Assembly: GCA_040901675.1 (NCBI GenBank)
Contig: JBBDYJ010000016.1
Location: 64,001-128,000 of the forward strand
Direction: 5' to 3'
Source of the DNA: Pirellulales bacterium
Lineage (GTDB): Bacteria > Planctomycetota > Planctomycetia > Pirellulales > JAICIG01
DNA: 64,000 bases
Shown here piece by piece: positions 56,051-64,000 of the stretch. The position numbers and the translations under genes were made by a program. The first letter of the stretch is position 1; each line of letters begins with the position of its first letter. Under the pieces are notes generated by a model, which was not told where the DNA came from, did no database searches, and saw only the letters and a program-made list of their open reading frames with translations.

Positions 56051-57019
56051 ATGCCCACCCGGCCAACTGACACGTTGTCGTCCGCTGCCGGCGCCCGCCC
56101 GCGGGTCTCCGTCGTGATTCCTTGCTACAATGCCGCCTTGTTTCTGGCCGAGACGATTCGCTCCGCACTCGGCCAAACGTGCGCGCCGGCCGAAGTCATC
56201 GTCGTGGACGATGGTTCCACCGACGACTCGGCAAAAGTGGCTCGATCGTTTGGCCCGCCGGTGCGCCTGGTCTGTCAGCCCAACCAGGGGGAATCGGTGG
56301 CCAGGAACCGCGGCGTCGAGGAGGCCGCCGGCGAATGGGTTGCCTTTCTCGACGCCGACGACGTCTGGGAACCCAATAAGCTCGAGCTCCAATGGCGGGC
56401 GGCTGAGAATGATCCCGCCGTCGTTTGCATTTATTGCGCGCACTACACGTTCGGCCGCCGCAGCTCACGCCCACCCCTGCCGGCGCCCCAAGCTTGTAAC
56501 GTCGAAACCCTGCTGCTCGAGCCCTTGATCCACGTCTCCACTGCCATGGTCCAGCGCTCCCTGCCAGTCAGGTTTCCAGTCTGGACCAGAGATTCCGAGG
56601 ACATGATCTACTTTGCCGAATTGGCGGTGCACGGCCGGTTTGCGCAAGTGCCTCTGCCGCTGGTGGGCTACCGGGTGCACGCGGCCATGCAGACCCGCTC
56701 GCCGGGCCACAAAGTGCGCAGTTGGACGAGCCGGCGCGCCTGGCTGCTCCGCGACGATTCGCCATTGGATGCTACGCGGCGGGCACGCCTCCACGAGCTG
56801 CTCGGGCGGCAGCTTGTGGACTGGATTCACCATGCGCGTTGGCACCGCGACTGGCAGACCTATTGGACGCTGCGCGAGTTGGCGGCCGGCCTTCCCTGGC
56901 AGGAACCGGTCCCGGCCGTGCTGCGAGAGAGGCCTTACCCCCGGGCCGTCTACGCGGTCAGGGACCAATGGCGCGCCATCGCGTCGCGTTTTCGCCGACA
57001 GGAGCTGCCGCAGCCATGA
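56051..57019 (+). CDS. glycosyltransferase family 2
   Basis: VSVVIPCYN, VVDDGSTD, ARNRG, FLDADD. Confidence 0.92.
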   Translation: MPTRPTDTLSSAAGARPRVSVVIPCYNAALFLAETIRSALGQTCAPAEVIVVDDGSTDDSAKVARSFGPPVRLVCQPNQGESVARNRGVEEAAGEWVAFLDADDVWEPNKLELQWRAAENDPAVVCIYCAHYTFGRRSSRPPLPAPQACNVETLLLEPLIHVSTAMVQRSLPVRFPVWTRDSEDMIYFAELAVHGRFAQVPLPLVGYRVHAAMQTRSPGHKVRSWTSRRAWLLRDDSPLDATRRARLHELLGRQLVDWIHHARWHRDWQTYWTLRELAAGLPWQEPVPAVLRERPYPRAVYAVRDQWRAIASRFRRQELPQP

Positions 57020-57046
57020 CCCGCGCTCCGGACACGTTCGCGCCTC

Positions 57047-57125
57047 ATGATCCGCGGCATGATGCCGCGCAGCGGCACGAATTTCCTCGCCGATGCGTTG
57101 AGCCTTCAGCCCGACATCTACAAGG
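57047..57125 (+). pseudogene. 5' remnant of a sulfotransferase gene
   Basis: MIRGMMPRSGTNFLADALSLQPDIY is a PAPS-binding-loop segment that runs straight into the antisense methyltransferase. Confidence 0.65.
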
Positions 57126-57795
57126 TCGTGCCGTCCAGCAGAAAAAACAACTTTCCGGCTGTCATCCCACGAATCGTGTCCACGCGCAGGGCCGAGAACT
57201 GGGAGCCGTATCGCTGCCGGACTTCTTCAGCCGTCTGGAAGTAGCGGACGTGGGCCCGAGCAGGAAAATTAGGAACACTGCCGATGAACCGCGTGCCTGG
57301 CGCGATTCTTCCCAGCAGCCGAGCGTCCTCATGGATGTGCTCCAGAACCTCCATGGCCAGAACACAATCATAGTCGAGCGTGGAGAACAGGTCTGTCTCG
57401 AAGAAGTCGGCCGCGTAAAAGGCGTACTCCGGGCAGACCTGCCGCGCGGCCTCGATGCGCTTGGAGCTGAAGTCGACGCCCACGTATCGCTCGAGCCCGT
57501 TGTCGGCAAGCAGGCGAGCGAGCTGCCCGGGCCCGCAGCCAAGATCGAGCACCGACCTCACCTTGCCCAGCCTGATCCGGTCCGCCACCACGCACCAGAG
57601 CGGATAATAGTGCGATTCGTAGTACGGCCGCTTCCAATGAGCGGCCTCTTCAAATGTGCGGTCATAGAAATCGGCCGGCTGTTCCTCCGCCGCAACAGCG
57701 GAATCTCGCCGTGGCCGTCTGAACAATCTGCGCGCGACGTCCCATACAAGTGGAGGGGTGATGCGTTTCGCTATGCCCATAAATACTATGTCCAT
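57118..57795 (-). CDS. class I SAM-dependent methyltransferase
   Basis: VLDLGCGPG, GVDFS, EVLEHI, SVPNF. Start at ATG 57795 or 57780. Confidence 0.88.
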   Translation of the reverse strand: MDIVFMGIAKRITPPLVWDVARRLFRRPRRDSAVAAEEQPADFYDRTFEEAAHWKRPYYESHYYPLWCVVADRIRLGKVRSVLDLGCGPGQLARLLADNGLERYVGVDFSSKRIEAARQVCPEYAFYAADFFETDLFSTLDYDCVLAMEVLEHIHEDARLLGRIAPGTRFIGSVPNFPARAHVRYFQTAEEVRQRYGSQFSALRVDTIRGMTAGKLFFLLDGTTL

Positions 57796-57931
57796 AAATG
57801 CTCTCGCTTCCCCGACGAACAACGCCTGCGGGTAAGCCGGCCTTTTTACCATAATCGAAGAGCCGGCCAAGGGGCAGTGCGGCTCGCCTGGCTCCTTTGA
57901 ACCTCTACCGTCTCGGCTCCAGCAGGCAAGC

Positions 57932-58843
57932 ATGTCCCGGCCGCTCGTTTCCGTCGTGATACCCGCCTACAACTACGGCCACTACGTGACCCAGGCGGTC
58001 GATAGTGTTTTGGCTCAGACGTATCCCAACGTCGAAATCGTCGTAGTCGACGACGGGAGCACCGACGACACTCCCGACAGGCTGAAGCCATACCTCGGCA
58101 AAATCGTTTACATCCGGCAGGAGAACCAAGGCTTGTCGGCGGCAAGGAATACCGGCATCCGCCAGGCCCGCGGCGAATGGATCGCCTTGCTGGATGCCGA
58201 CGACCTGTGGCACCCGGGCAAGCTGGAGGTTCAGTTGGCGGCCGCGGACAAGTTTGGTCCGGCAGGGCTCGTCGGCTCCCCGGTGGCTCACCAGATGCCT
58301 GAAAGGCTTGCGGCCGATCCGCCCGTGAAGGCTTTGAGCGTCGCCGACTTCCTTACATCGACCCCTCTCACTTCTTCGTCGGCGCTGATTCGCCGCGGTT
58401 GCTTCGAGCGAGTCGGGCTGTTCGATACCAGCCTGCGCTCGGTCGAGGACCGCGATATGTGGCTGCGCGTGGCGGCGGAGTTTCCGGCCCTGCAGGTGAT
58501 CAGCCCTTGCTGGACGTACCGGCAGCATCCGGGACAGATGAACCGGCACCCCCGCAGGATGCGCCTCAGCTACAGCCGCGTGCTCGCCAGGTTCTTCCGG
58601 CAGCATCCCCAGTGGCGAAGGCTCGAAAACGCTGCCTGGAGCTACCTCTACCTCGACGCAGCGCAATGTCACCTCCAGGCCGGCAATCGCCTGCACGCCG
58701 CGGTATTCCTTGGTCGCTCGCTCCTCCGCCGTCCTTGGACGTCGCCTTCCAAACGCCCCTGGTTACGGTTCAAGATGACGATCCGCCTGATTCTGGGGGA
58801 CAGCGTTTTTCAGGCTCTGAAGCCCCGCAAACCAGTCGTATGA
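57932..58843 (+). CDS. glycosyltransferase family 2
   Basis: VSVVIPAYN, VVDDGSTD, SAARNTG, LDADD, EDRDMWLR. Confidence 0.93.
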   Translation: MSRPLVSVVIPAYNYGHYVTQAVDSVLAQTYPNVEIVVVDDGSTDDTPDRLKPYLGKIVYIRQENQGLSAARNTGIRQARGEWIALLDADDLWHPGKLEVQLAAADKFGPAGLVGSPVAHQMPERLAADPPVKALSVADFLTSTPLTSSSALIRRGCFERVGLFDTSLRSVEDRDMWLRVAAEFPALQVISPCWTYRQHPGQMNRHPRRMRLSYSRVLARFFRQHPQWRRLENAAWSYLYLDAAQCHLQAGNRLHAAVFLGRSLLRRPWTSPSKRPWLRFKMTIRLILGDSVFQALKPRKPVV

Positions 58844-60078
58844 CAGTCGGCCGAATTCTCGAGCGCGAGTCGAGCACGCCTCGGCGAGTCCGCGCCGACA
58901 ACCGCTTGATCGCTCCCGCCAGCCACGAACCGTCACGCGCCTTGCACGTCGCGCACGTTGTTTTGTCGCTCGACGTGGGAGGCCTCGAGCGGCTCGTCGT
59001 CGACCTGGTCCGGGCCGGGCGAGCAGCCGGCCAAACGGCCAGTGTCGTTTGTATCGAGCGTCCCGGCCTGTTGGCCCCCCGCGCCCAAGACGCCGGCGCG
59101 GTGGTGATCAGTCTCGACAAGCCGCCCGGCACTCACCCGCTCCTCATCGGACGGCTTCGCAAGCTGTTCGCTGCGCTGCGCCCCGACGTGGTTCACACGC
59201 ACCAGATCGGCGCGCTGTTCTATGCCGGTCCCGCCGCCCGGTACGCCGGCGTCCGAGCCGTGGTGCACACCGAGCACGGCAAACATTATTCCACCCGCTG
59301 GCGGACCCGCGTGCTGGGCCGCCTCGCCGGCCGCTATGCGCAGCGCTTCCTCTGCGTCTCGACCGATATTGCCCGGGAAGTGCGCGCCCGGCGGATCGTG
59401 CCCCCAGCCAAGGTTCACTTTGCTGCCAACGGTATCGACCTGGCCCCTTTCGCAACCGCCGAAGCCGGCGCGGGCCGCCGGACGGCCTGCGGCATCGACG
59501 CCGACGCCTTTGTGGTCGGCACCGTCGGCCGGCTCGCCGAGGTCAAGCGGCAGGATCTCCTGCTGGCGGCCTTCGCCGAATTTAAAAAGAGCACGCCCGC
59601 TGCGCATCTGCTCATTGTCGGCGACGGCCCTTGGCAAGGCCGGCTTGCCAGGCTGGCCGCCGAGCTCCGAGTCGCCGACTCCGTCTACTTTGCCGGCTAC
59701 CAGGAGCGCCCCGAGGACTGGTTGGGCCTGATGGACGTCTTCTGTCTGACGAGTCGTTCGGAGGGCATGCCCCTGGGCGTACTCGAAGCCTGGGCCGCAG
59801 GCGTGCCGGTCGTCGCCAGTGCCGTCGGCGGTTTGCCCGACCTGGTGCAACAAGGACGTACCGGCCTCTTAGTGCCGTTTGAAGACACGGCAGCCCTGGT
59901 GTCGGCCTGGCGGCGCTTGTGGGGCGATCCGCAGCTCCGCGGGCGACTGTCCGAAGCCGGCGCGGCCGAGGTGACCGCCGAATTCAGCTTGGGTGCCATG
60001 CTCGATCGGTACCAGGCGCATTACCGCGAGGTCCTGGGACAGACTGTGCTGGGACCTACCGCGGGAGCCCGGGCATGA
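58840..60078 (+). CDS. glycosyltransferase family 4
   Basis: GGLER, HTEHG, VGRL..VK, SRSEGMP...LEA. The ATG overlaps the previous stop. Confidence 0.92.
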   Translation: MTVGRILERESSTPRRVRADNRLIAPASHEPSRALHVAHVVLSLDVGGLERLVVDLVRAGRAAGQTASVVCIERPGLLAPRAQDAGAVVISLDKPPGTHPLLIGRLRKLFAALRPDVVHTHQIGALFYAGPAARYAGVRAVVHTEHGKHYSTRWRTRVLGRLAGRYAQRFLCVSTDIAREVRARRIVPPAKVHFAANGIDLAPFATAEAGAGRRTACGIDADAFVVGTVGRLAEVKRQDLLLAAFAEFKKSTPAAHLLIVGDGPWQGRLARLAAELRVADSVYFAGYQERPEDWLGLMDVFCLTSRSEGMPLGVLEAWAAGVPVVASAVGGLPDLVQQGRTGLLVPFEDTAALVSAWRRLWGDPQLRGRLSEAGAAEVTAEFSLGAMLDRYQAHYREVLGQTVLGPTAGARA

Positions 60079-61334
60079 GAGTCCTGGCCCTCACCAATCT
60101 TTACCCGAACCCCTACCAGCCTCACCGCGGGCAGTTCAATCGGCAGCAGTTGCGCGCTTTGGCCGAGGGGCATGAGCTGAGGGTGATTGCGCCGATCGCC
60201 TGGACCGACGAAGTCGCCTTGCGCCGGCTCAACCGCTCCCGCCTGTTACCCGGCCGCCGCGCCTGCTGCGACGGTCTGGATGTCGTGCACCCGAGATACC
60301 TGTTCACTCCCAAGATGCTCCGCGGCTGGTACGGGCATTTCTTCCGCTGGTCGGTCCGCGCCGCGTTTCGAGATGCCCTGGCGCGGTTTCAGCCTGAACT
60401 GGTCTACGCTTCCTGGGCCTACCCGGATGGTTGGGCGGCCGTCCGACTGGCCCGGCAAGCCGGCCTGCCGGTTGTGATCAAGGTACACGGCTCGGACGTG
60501 CTCCAGCTCCAATCGTACCCGGCACGCCGCCGGCCGACGGTGGAGGCGCTCGTGGAGGCCGACGGCGTGGTCGCCGTCAGCCGCGACATTGAAAGACATC
60601 TCGGCCGGCTGGGCGTCGAGCGGGGGCGTATTCGCGTGGTCTACAACGGCGTCGATACCGAACGCTTCCGGCCGGGCCCCATGGCCGAGGCCCGCCGCCG
60701 GCTCGAGCTGCCGGCGGAGGAGCCGCTCGTGCTCTTTGTCGGCAATCTGCTTCCCGTCAAAGGCCTCGACGTGCTGCTCGATGCTTGCGCCCTGCTGCGG
60801 AAGCGTCAAGGGCGGTTCCACTGCCTCATCCTGGGGCAGGGCCCCCTGCGGCCCCGGCTCGAGCGGCTTGTCCGGCGGTTGCAACTGTTTGACCATGTAC
60901 GCTTGCTCGGATCGCGGCCCCACGACCAACTGCCCGACTGGTACCGCGCGGCCGACGTGGTGGTGCTGCCCAGCCGCTCCGAAGGCGTCCCCAACGTCCT
61001 GCTGGAGGCCGCCGCCTGTGGCGTTCCTTGGGTTGCCAGCGCGGTGGGTGGGATTTCGGAGATTGCCCGCTTCGGTGCCAGCGCTCTGGTGCCTGCCGGC
61101 GATGCCAGCGCCCTGGCCGCCGCCTTGGAGCAACGCCTTCAGGACAGGCGGCGCGGGCCGGTCGCCGTTTCCAATCTTCGCACTCATACCCAAGCGGCGC
61201 GTGAGCTCTGCGATCTGTTTCTGGAGCTGACCGCCGGCCGCTCTTCCCAGGGCGCCGCGAACAGACAGGTTCTCCACGACGAGGCGGCCAGACAACGAAG
61301 CCCCCTTGCCGCCGAATCGGGATCCCCCTGGTGA
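60075..61334 (+). CDS. glycosyltransferase family 4
   Basis: YPNP..P.RG.F, YPDG, VHGSDV, VGNL.PVKG, SRSEGVPNV.LEA. Confidence 0.92.
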   Translation: MRVLALTNLYPNPYQPHRGQFNRQQLRALAEGHELRVIAPIAWTDEVALRRLNRSRLLPGRRACCDGLDVVHPRYLFTPKMLRGWYGHFFRWSVRAAFRDALARFQPELVYASWAYPDGWAAVRLARQAGLPVVIKVHGSDVLQLQSYPARRRPTVEALVEADGVVAVSRDIERHLGRLGVERGRIRVVYNGVDTERFRPGPMAEARRRLELPAEEPLVLFVGNLLPVKGLDVLLDACALLRKRQGRFHCLILGQGPLRPRLERLVRRLQLFDHVRLLGSRPHDQLPDWYRAADVVVLPSRSEGVPNVLLEAAACGVPWVASAVGGISEIARFGASALVPAGDASALAAALEQRLQDRRRGPVAVSNLRTHTQAARELCDLFLELTAGRSSQGAANRQVLHDEAARQRSPLAAESGSPW

Positions 61335-62764
61335 AAATTCTCTTCCTGCAAAAGCGGCTGCTGTTCCCTCACGACACCGGCCTGCGGATCCGCACCCTCA
61401 ACGTGGTGCGCTACCTGGCGCGCTGGCACGACGTCACCTACCTCTGCAACGTGCAGTCCGCAGAAGAGCCGTACCTCGAGCCGATGCGCAAGCTGGGACT
61501 CAGGCTCGAGACGGTTCCCTGGCGCGAGACCCGCCGCGCGAGCGCCCGCTTTTATTGCGACCTGCTGCGGAATCTCGTCTCCTCGTATCCCTTCACGGCG
61601 CAGAAGAATTTCGACCCGGCCCTCAAGGCCCGGGCAGCCGCGCTCCTGGCCGAACAGGACTACGACCTCCTGATCTGCGATACCGTGATGATGGCTCGCA
61701 ACTGCATCGGCCTGGGCCGCCTGCCGCGGGTCCTGTTCCAACATAATGTCGAGTCGCAGATCCTGGCTCGGCACGCCAGCGACGGACCCCACTGGCTGCG
61801 CCGCGGGTACATGGCCCTGCAGTGCCGCAAAATGCGCCGCTTCGAGGCCTGGGCCGGCCGGCAGTTCGACGCCATCGTCGCCGTCAGCGGCCACGACCGC
61901 AACTTCTTCGAGCAGCAGTACGGTTGGCGGCACGTGCAGGCCATCGACACGGCCGTCGACATCGAGTACTTCCAGCCCTCCCCTGCACCCGCCGCACCCG
62001 ATCGCGTGGTCTTTCTGGGTTCGATGGACTGGCTGCCCAACCAGGACGGTGTGATGCACTTCGTGCGCCACGTCTGGCCCCGTGTAATGGCCGAGCGGCC
62101 GCGGGCCAGCTTTCAAGTGGTAGGCCGCAATCCCCCGCCCGCCGTTTTGCGCCTGGCACAGCAGCCCGGAGTGGAAGTGGTCGGAACCGTGCTCGACGTG
62201 CGGCCTTATCTGGCGGGGGCTTCGGTGGTCGTCGTTCCGCTGCTGGTCGGCGGAGGCACGCGCATCAAGATCTTCGAAGCCTTGAGTATGGAGAAGGCGG
62301 TGGTCAGCACCTCGCTGGGCGCCGAGGGATTGCCGGTCGAGCCCGGCCGCCACCTGCTCGTGGCCGACGACCCGGCCGGCTTCGCCAGATCGGTGCTCAC
62401 CCTGCTGGACGAACCTCACCAGGCCGCTCGCCTTGGGCAGGCCGGCCGCGAACTGGTCCGGCAATCGTACTGTGCCGAGAAGATAGCCCGGCAGTTCGAA
62501 GCCATCTGTCTCGAGGCGGCCGGCCTGGTTCACGACGTTGGCCCCTCGGTGGCCGCGGTGGCCGTCGATCAGGCCGCACGCCTGGAAGAAGGGCACCTTC
62601 GTAGTGGGGTTCGTCTCGTCGGCGGTCGTGCCGCGCCACTGGAACAATCGCAAGTTCGTAGTGACCCGGCTCGACTGAGCTCGCCGAAGTCCATTCATGG
62701 GGTCCGTCTCGTCGGCGATCGTGCCGCGCCACTGGAACAATCGCAAGAAGGAAGCCTGCTATGA
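61331..62764 (+). CDS. glycosyltransferase family 4 with repeat-derived C-terminal extension
   Basis: HNVES, GSMDW.PN.DG, GGGTRIKI.EA, G.EGL. The last ~55 codons are REP-derived. Confidence 0.9.
   Translation: MKILFLQKRLLFPHDTGLRIRTLNVVRYLARWHDVTYLCNVQSAEEPYLEPMRKLGLRLETVPWRETRRASARFYCDLLRNLVSSYPFTAQKNFDPALKARAAALLAEQDYDLLICDTVMMARNCIGLGRLPRVLFQHNVESQILARHASDGPHWLRRGYMALQCRKMRRFEAWAGRQFDAIVAVSGHDRNFFEQQYGWRHVQAIDTAVDIEYFQPSPAPAAPDRVVFLGSMDWLPNQDGVMHFVRHVWPRVMAERPRASFQVVGRNPPPAVLRLAQQPGVEVVGTVLDVRPYLAGASVVVVPLLVGGGTRIKIFEALSMEKAVVSTSLGAEGLPVEPGRHLLVADDPAGFARSVLTLLDEPHQAARLGQAGRELVRQSYCAEKIARQFEAICLEAAGLVHDVGPSVAAVAVDQAARLEEGHLRSGVRLVGGRAAPLEQSQVRSDPARLSSPKSIHGVRLVGDRAAPLEQSQEGSLL
62598..62747 (+). 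repeat. tandem duplication carrying a collapsed REP and a REP+24-nt composite
   Basis: TTCGTAGT...CGTCTCGTCGGCGRTCGTGCCGCGCCACTGGAACAATCGCAAG occurs twice (62598-62654 and 62655-62747). Confidence 0.88.
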
Positions 62765-64000
62765 CGCGAGTCGCCGTTTTTGGAATGGGTTACGTGGGCT
62801 GCGTGACCGCGGCCTGCCTGGCCCGCGATGGTTTTGATTTGATCGGCGTCGATATCGATCCGGACAAGGTCCGGGCAATCAACGCCGGCCAAAGCCCCGT
62901 CTGCGAGCCGGGCCTGAGCGAGCTCATAGCCGAACAGGTATCCGCCGGCCGGCTGCGGGCCACGCTCGATCTGACCCAGGCCGTGGGCGAATCGGACCTG
63001 GCCCTCGTGACCGTCGGGACTCCTTCGGACCTGGAGGGCTCGGTGTGCAGCCGCGCGGTGGAGCGCGTCGTCGAGTCGATCGGGCTGGCACTGGCGGGCA
63101 CCGATCGAGAGTACACGGTGGTTGTCCGCTCCACACTCCTGCCGGGCATCCTCGAAGAACGCCTGGCGCCGCTGTTGGCCGAAGCTTCCGGCCGCCAATT
63201 GGGCGACAATTTGTGGCTCACGAACAACCCCGAGTTCCTGCGCGAGAGCTCCGCGATCAGCGATTACGATCACCCACCATATGTCGTGGTCGGGGCCCTC
63301 GACGGCTGGGAGGCGGCGCCGGTCCTCGATCTTTACCCCCGCGTGACCGGCCAGCGGCTGGTAACCGACACCCGCACGGCCGCCTTGCTCAAATATGCCT
63401 GCAATGCGTTCCATGCCCTCAAGGTCAGCTTTGCCAACGAAATCGGCACGCTGGCCCGCTCGCTAGGCGCCGATGGCCACGAGGTCATGCGCCTTGTCTG
63501 CCAGGACCGCAAGCTGAATATCTCTGCCGCCTACCTGCGGCCCGGCTTCGCGTTCGGAGGTTCCTGCCTGCCCAAGGATCTGCGGGCAGTTCTCCGCTAC
63601 GCGGCGCAGAAGGCGGTCAAGCTCGATCTGCTGGATGCCATCCTCCCCTCGAACCAGACCCATCTCGAACGCGCGCTGAGGCTCGTCCAGGAGGGCGGCC
63701 AGCGGAACATCGGCGTGGTGGGGCTCAGCTTCAAGGCCGAAACCGACGACCTCCGCGAAAGCCCGCTGGTGATTCTCATCGAGACCCTGCTGGGACGCGG
63801 CTACGATATCAAGATCTACGACCCATATGTCGCGGTCAGCCGGCTGCGGGGCCGCAACCTGGCCTACGTGGACCGTCACCTGCCGCACCTGGCGGCCTTG
63901 CTGGTCGACGATCCGGCCGCGTTGTACGATCACGCGGGACTGCTGGTATTGGGAAGCAACGTGGCCGAAACACTCGACTGGCGGGGCAAGTTCAGGGGCG
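62761..64000 (+). CDS. UDP-glucose/GDP-mannose 6-dehydrogenase family (AlgD-like), partial at right edge
   Basis: GMGYVG, VGTPS, RST.LPG, NPEFLRE, KYACNAFHA.K..FANEIG, PGFAFGGSCLPKD, FK..TDDLRESP. Confidence 0.92.
   Translation, partial: MTRVAVFGMGYVGCVTAACLARDGFDLIGVDIDPDKVRAINAGQSPVCEPGLSELIAEQVSAGRLRATLDLTQAVGESDLALVTVGTPSDLEGSVCSRAVERVVESIGLALAGTDREYTVVVRSTLLPGILEERLAPLLAEASGRQLGDNLWLTNNPEFLRESSAISDYDHPPYVVVGALDGWEAAPVLDLYPRVTGQRLVTDTRTAALLKYACNAFHALKVSFANEIGTLARSLGADGHEVMRLVCQDRKLNISAAYLRPGFAFGGSCLPKDLRAVLRYAAQKAVKLDLLDAILPSNQTHLERALRLVQEGGQRNIGVVGLSFKAETDDLRESPLVILIETLLGRGYDIKIYDPYVAVSRLRGRNLAYVDRHLPHLAALLVDDPAALYDHAGLLVLGSNVAETLDWRGKFRG

Overview
High-GC bacterial DNA, almost certainly from a planctomycete (Pirellulales-like). 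Three large secreted proteins carry the planctomycete N-terminal 'ExLExRxLL' motif. From left to right the window holds: (1) DAHP synthase (aroF) behind an unannotated Phe/Trp/Tyr leader-peptide attenuator; (2) a minus-strand run of S9 peptidase, APH-like kinase, divergent enolase, cupin and lipoprotein; (3) comEC; (4) a small accessory block with an SF1 helicase-nuclease fusion and an orphan antitoxin-like gene; (5) mdh; (6) a catalytically degenerate alpha/beta hydrolase and a 5'-truncated histidine kinase; (7) a stripped-down flagellar cluster, fliFGHIJ-fliNOPQR-flhB, with no rod, hook, stator, fliM or flhA genes in the window and a FliF that appears to lack its beta-collar; (8) sulfotransferase, thioredoxin and a tiny basic ORF; (9) three large surface proteins, including a probable cohesin/dockerin-like pair; (10) an ECF-like sigma factor; (11) a long exosortase-linked, probably sulfated polysaccharide locus that runs off the right edge. 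Intergenic DNA carries GTAG/GTGG REP-like hairpins and a 24-nt element. That element sits inside REP hairpins and, at 55033-55104, is nested three deep inside itself. I saw no tRNA, rRNA, CRISPR array or transposase. All family calls come from reading motifs by eye, not from database searches.
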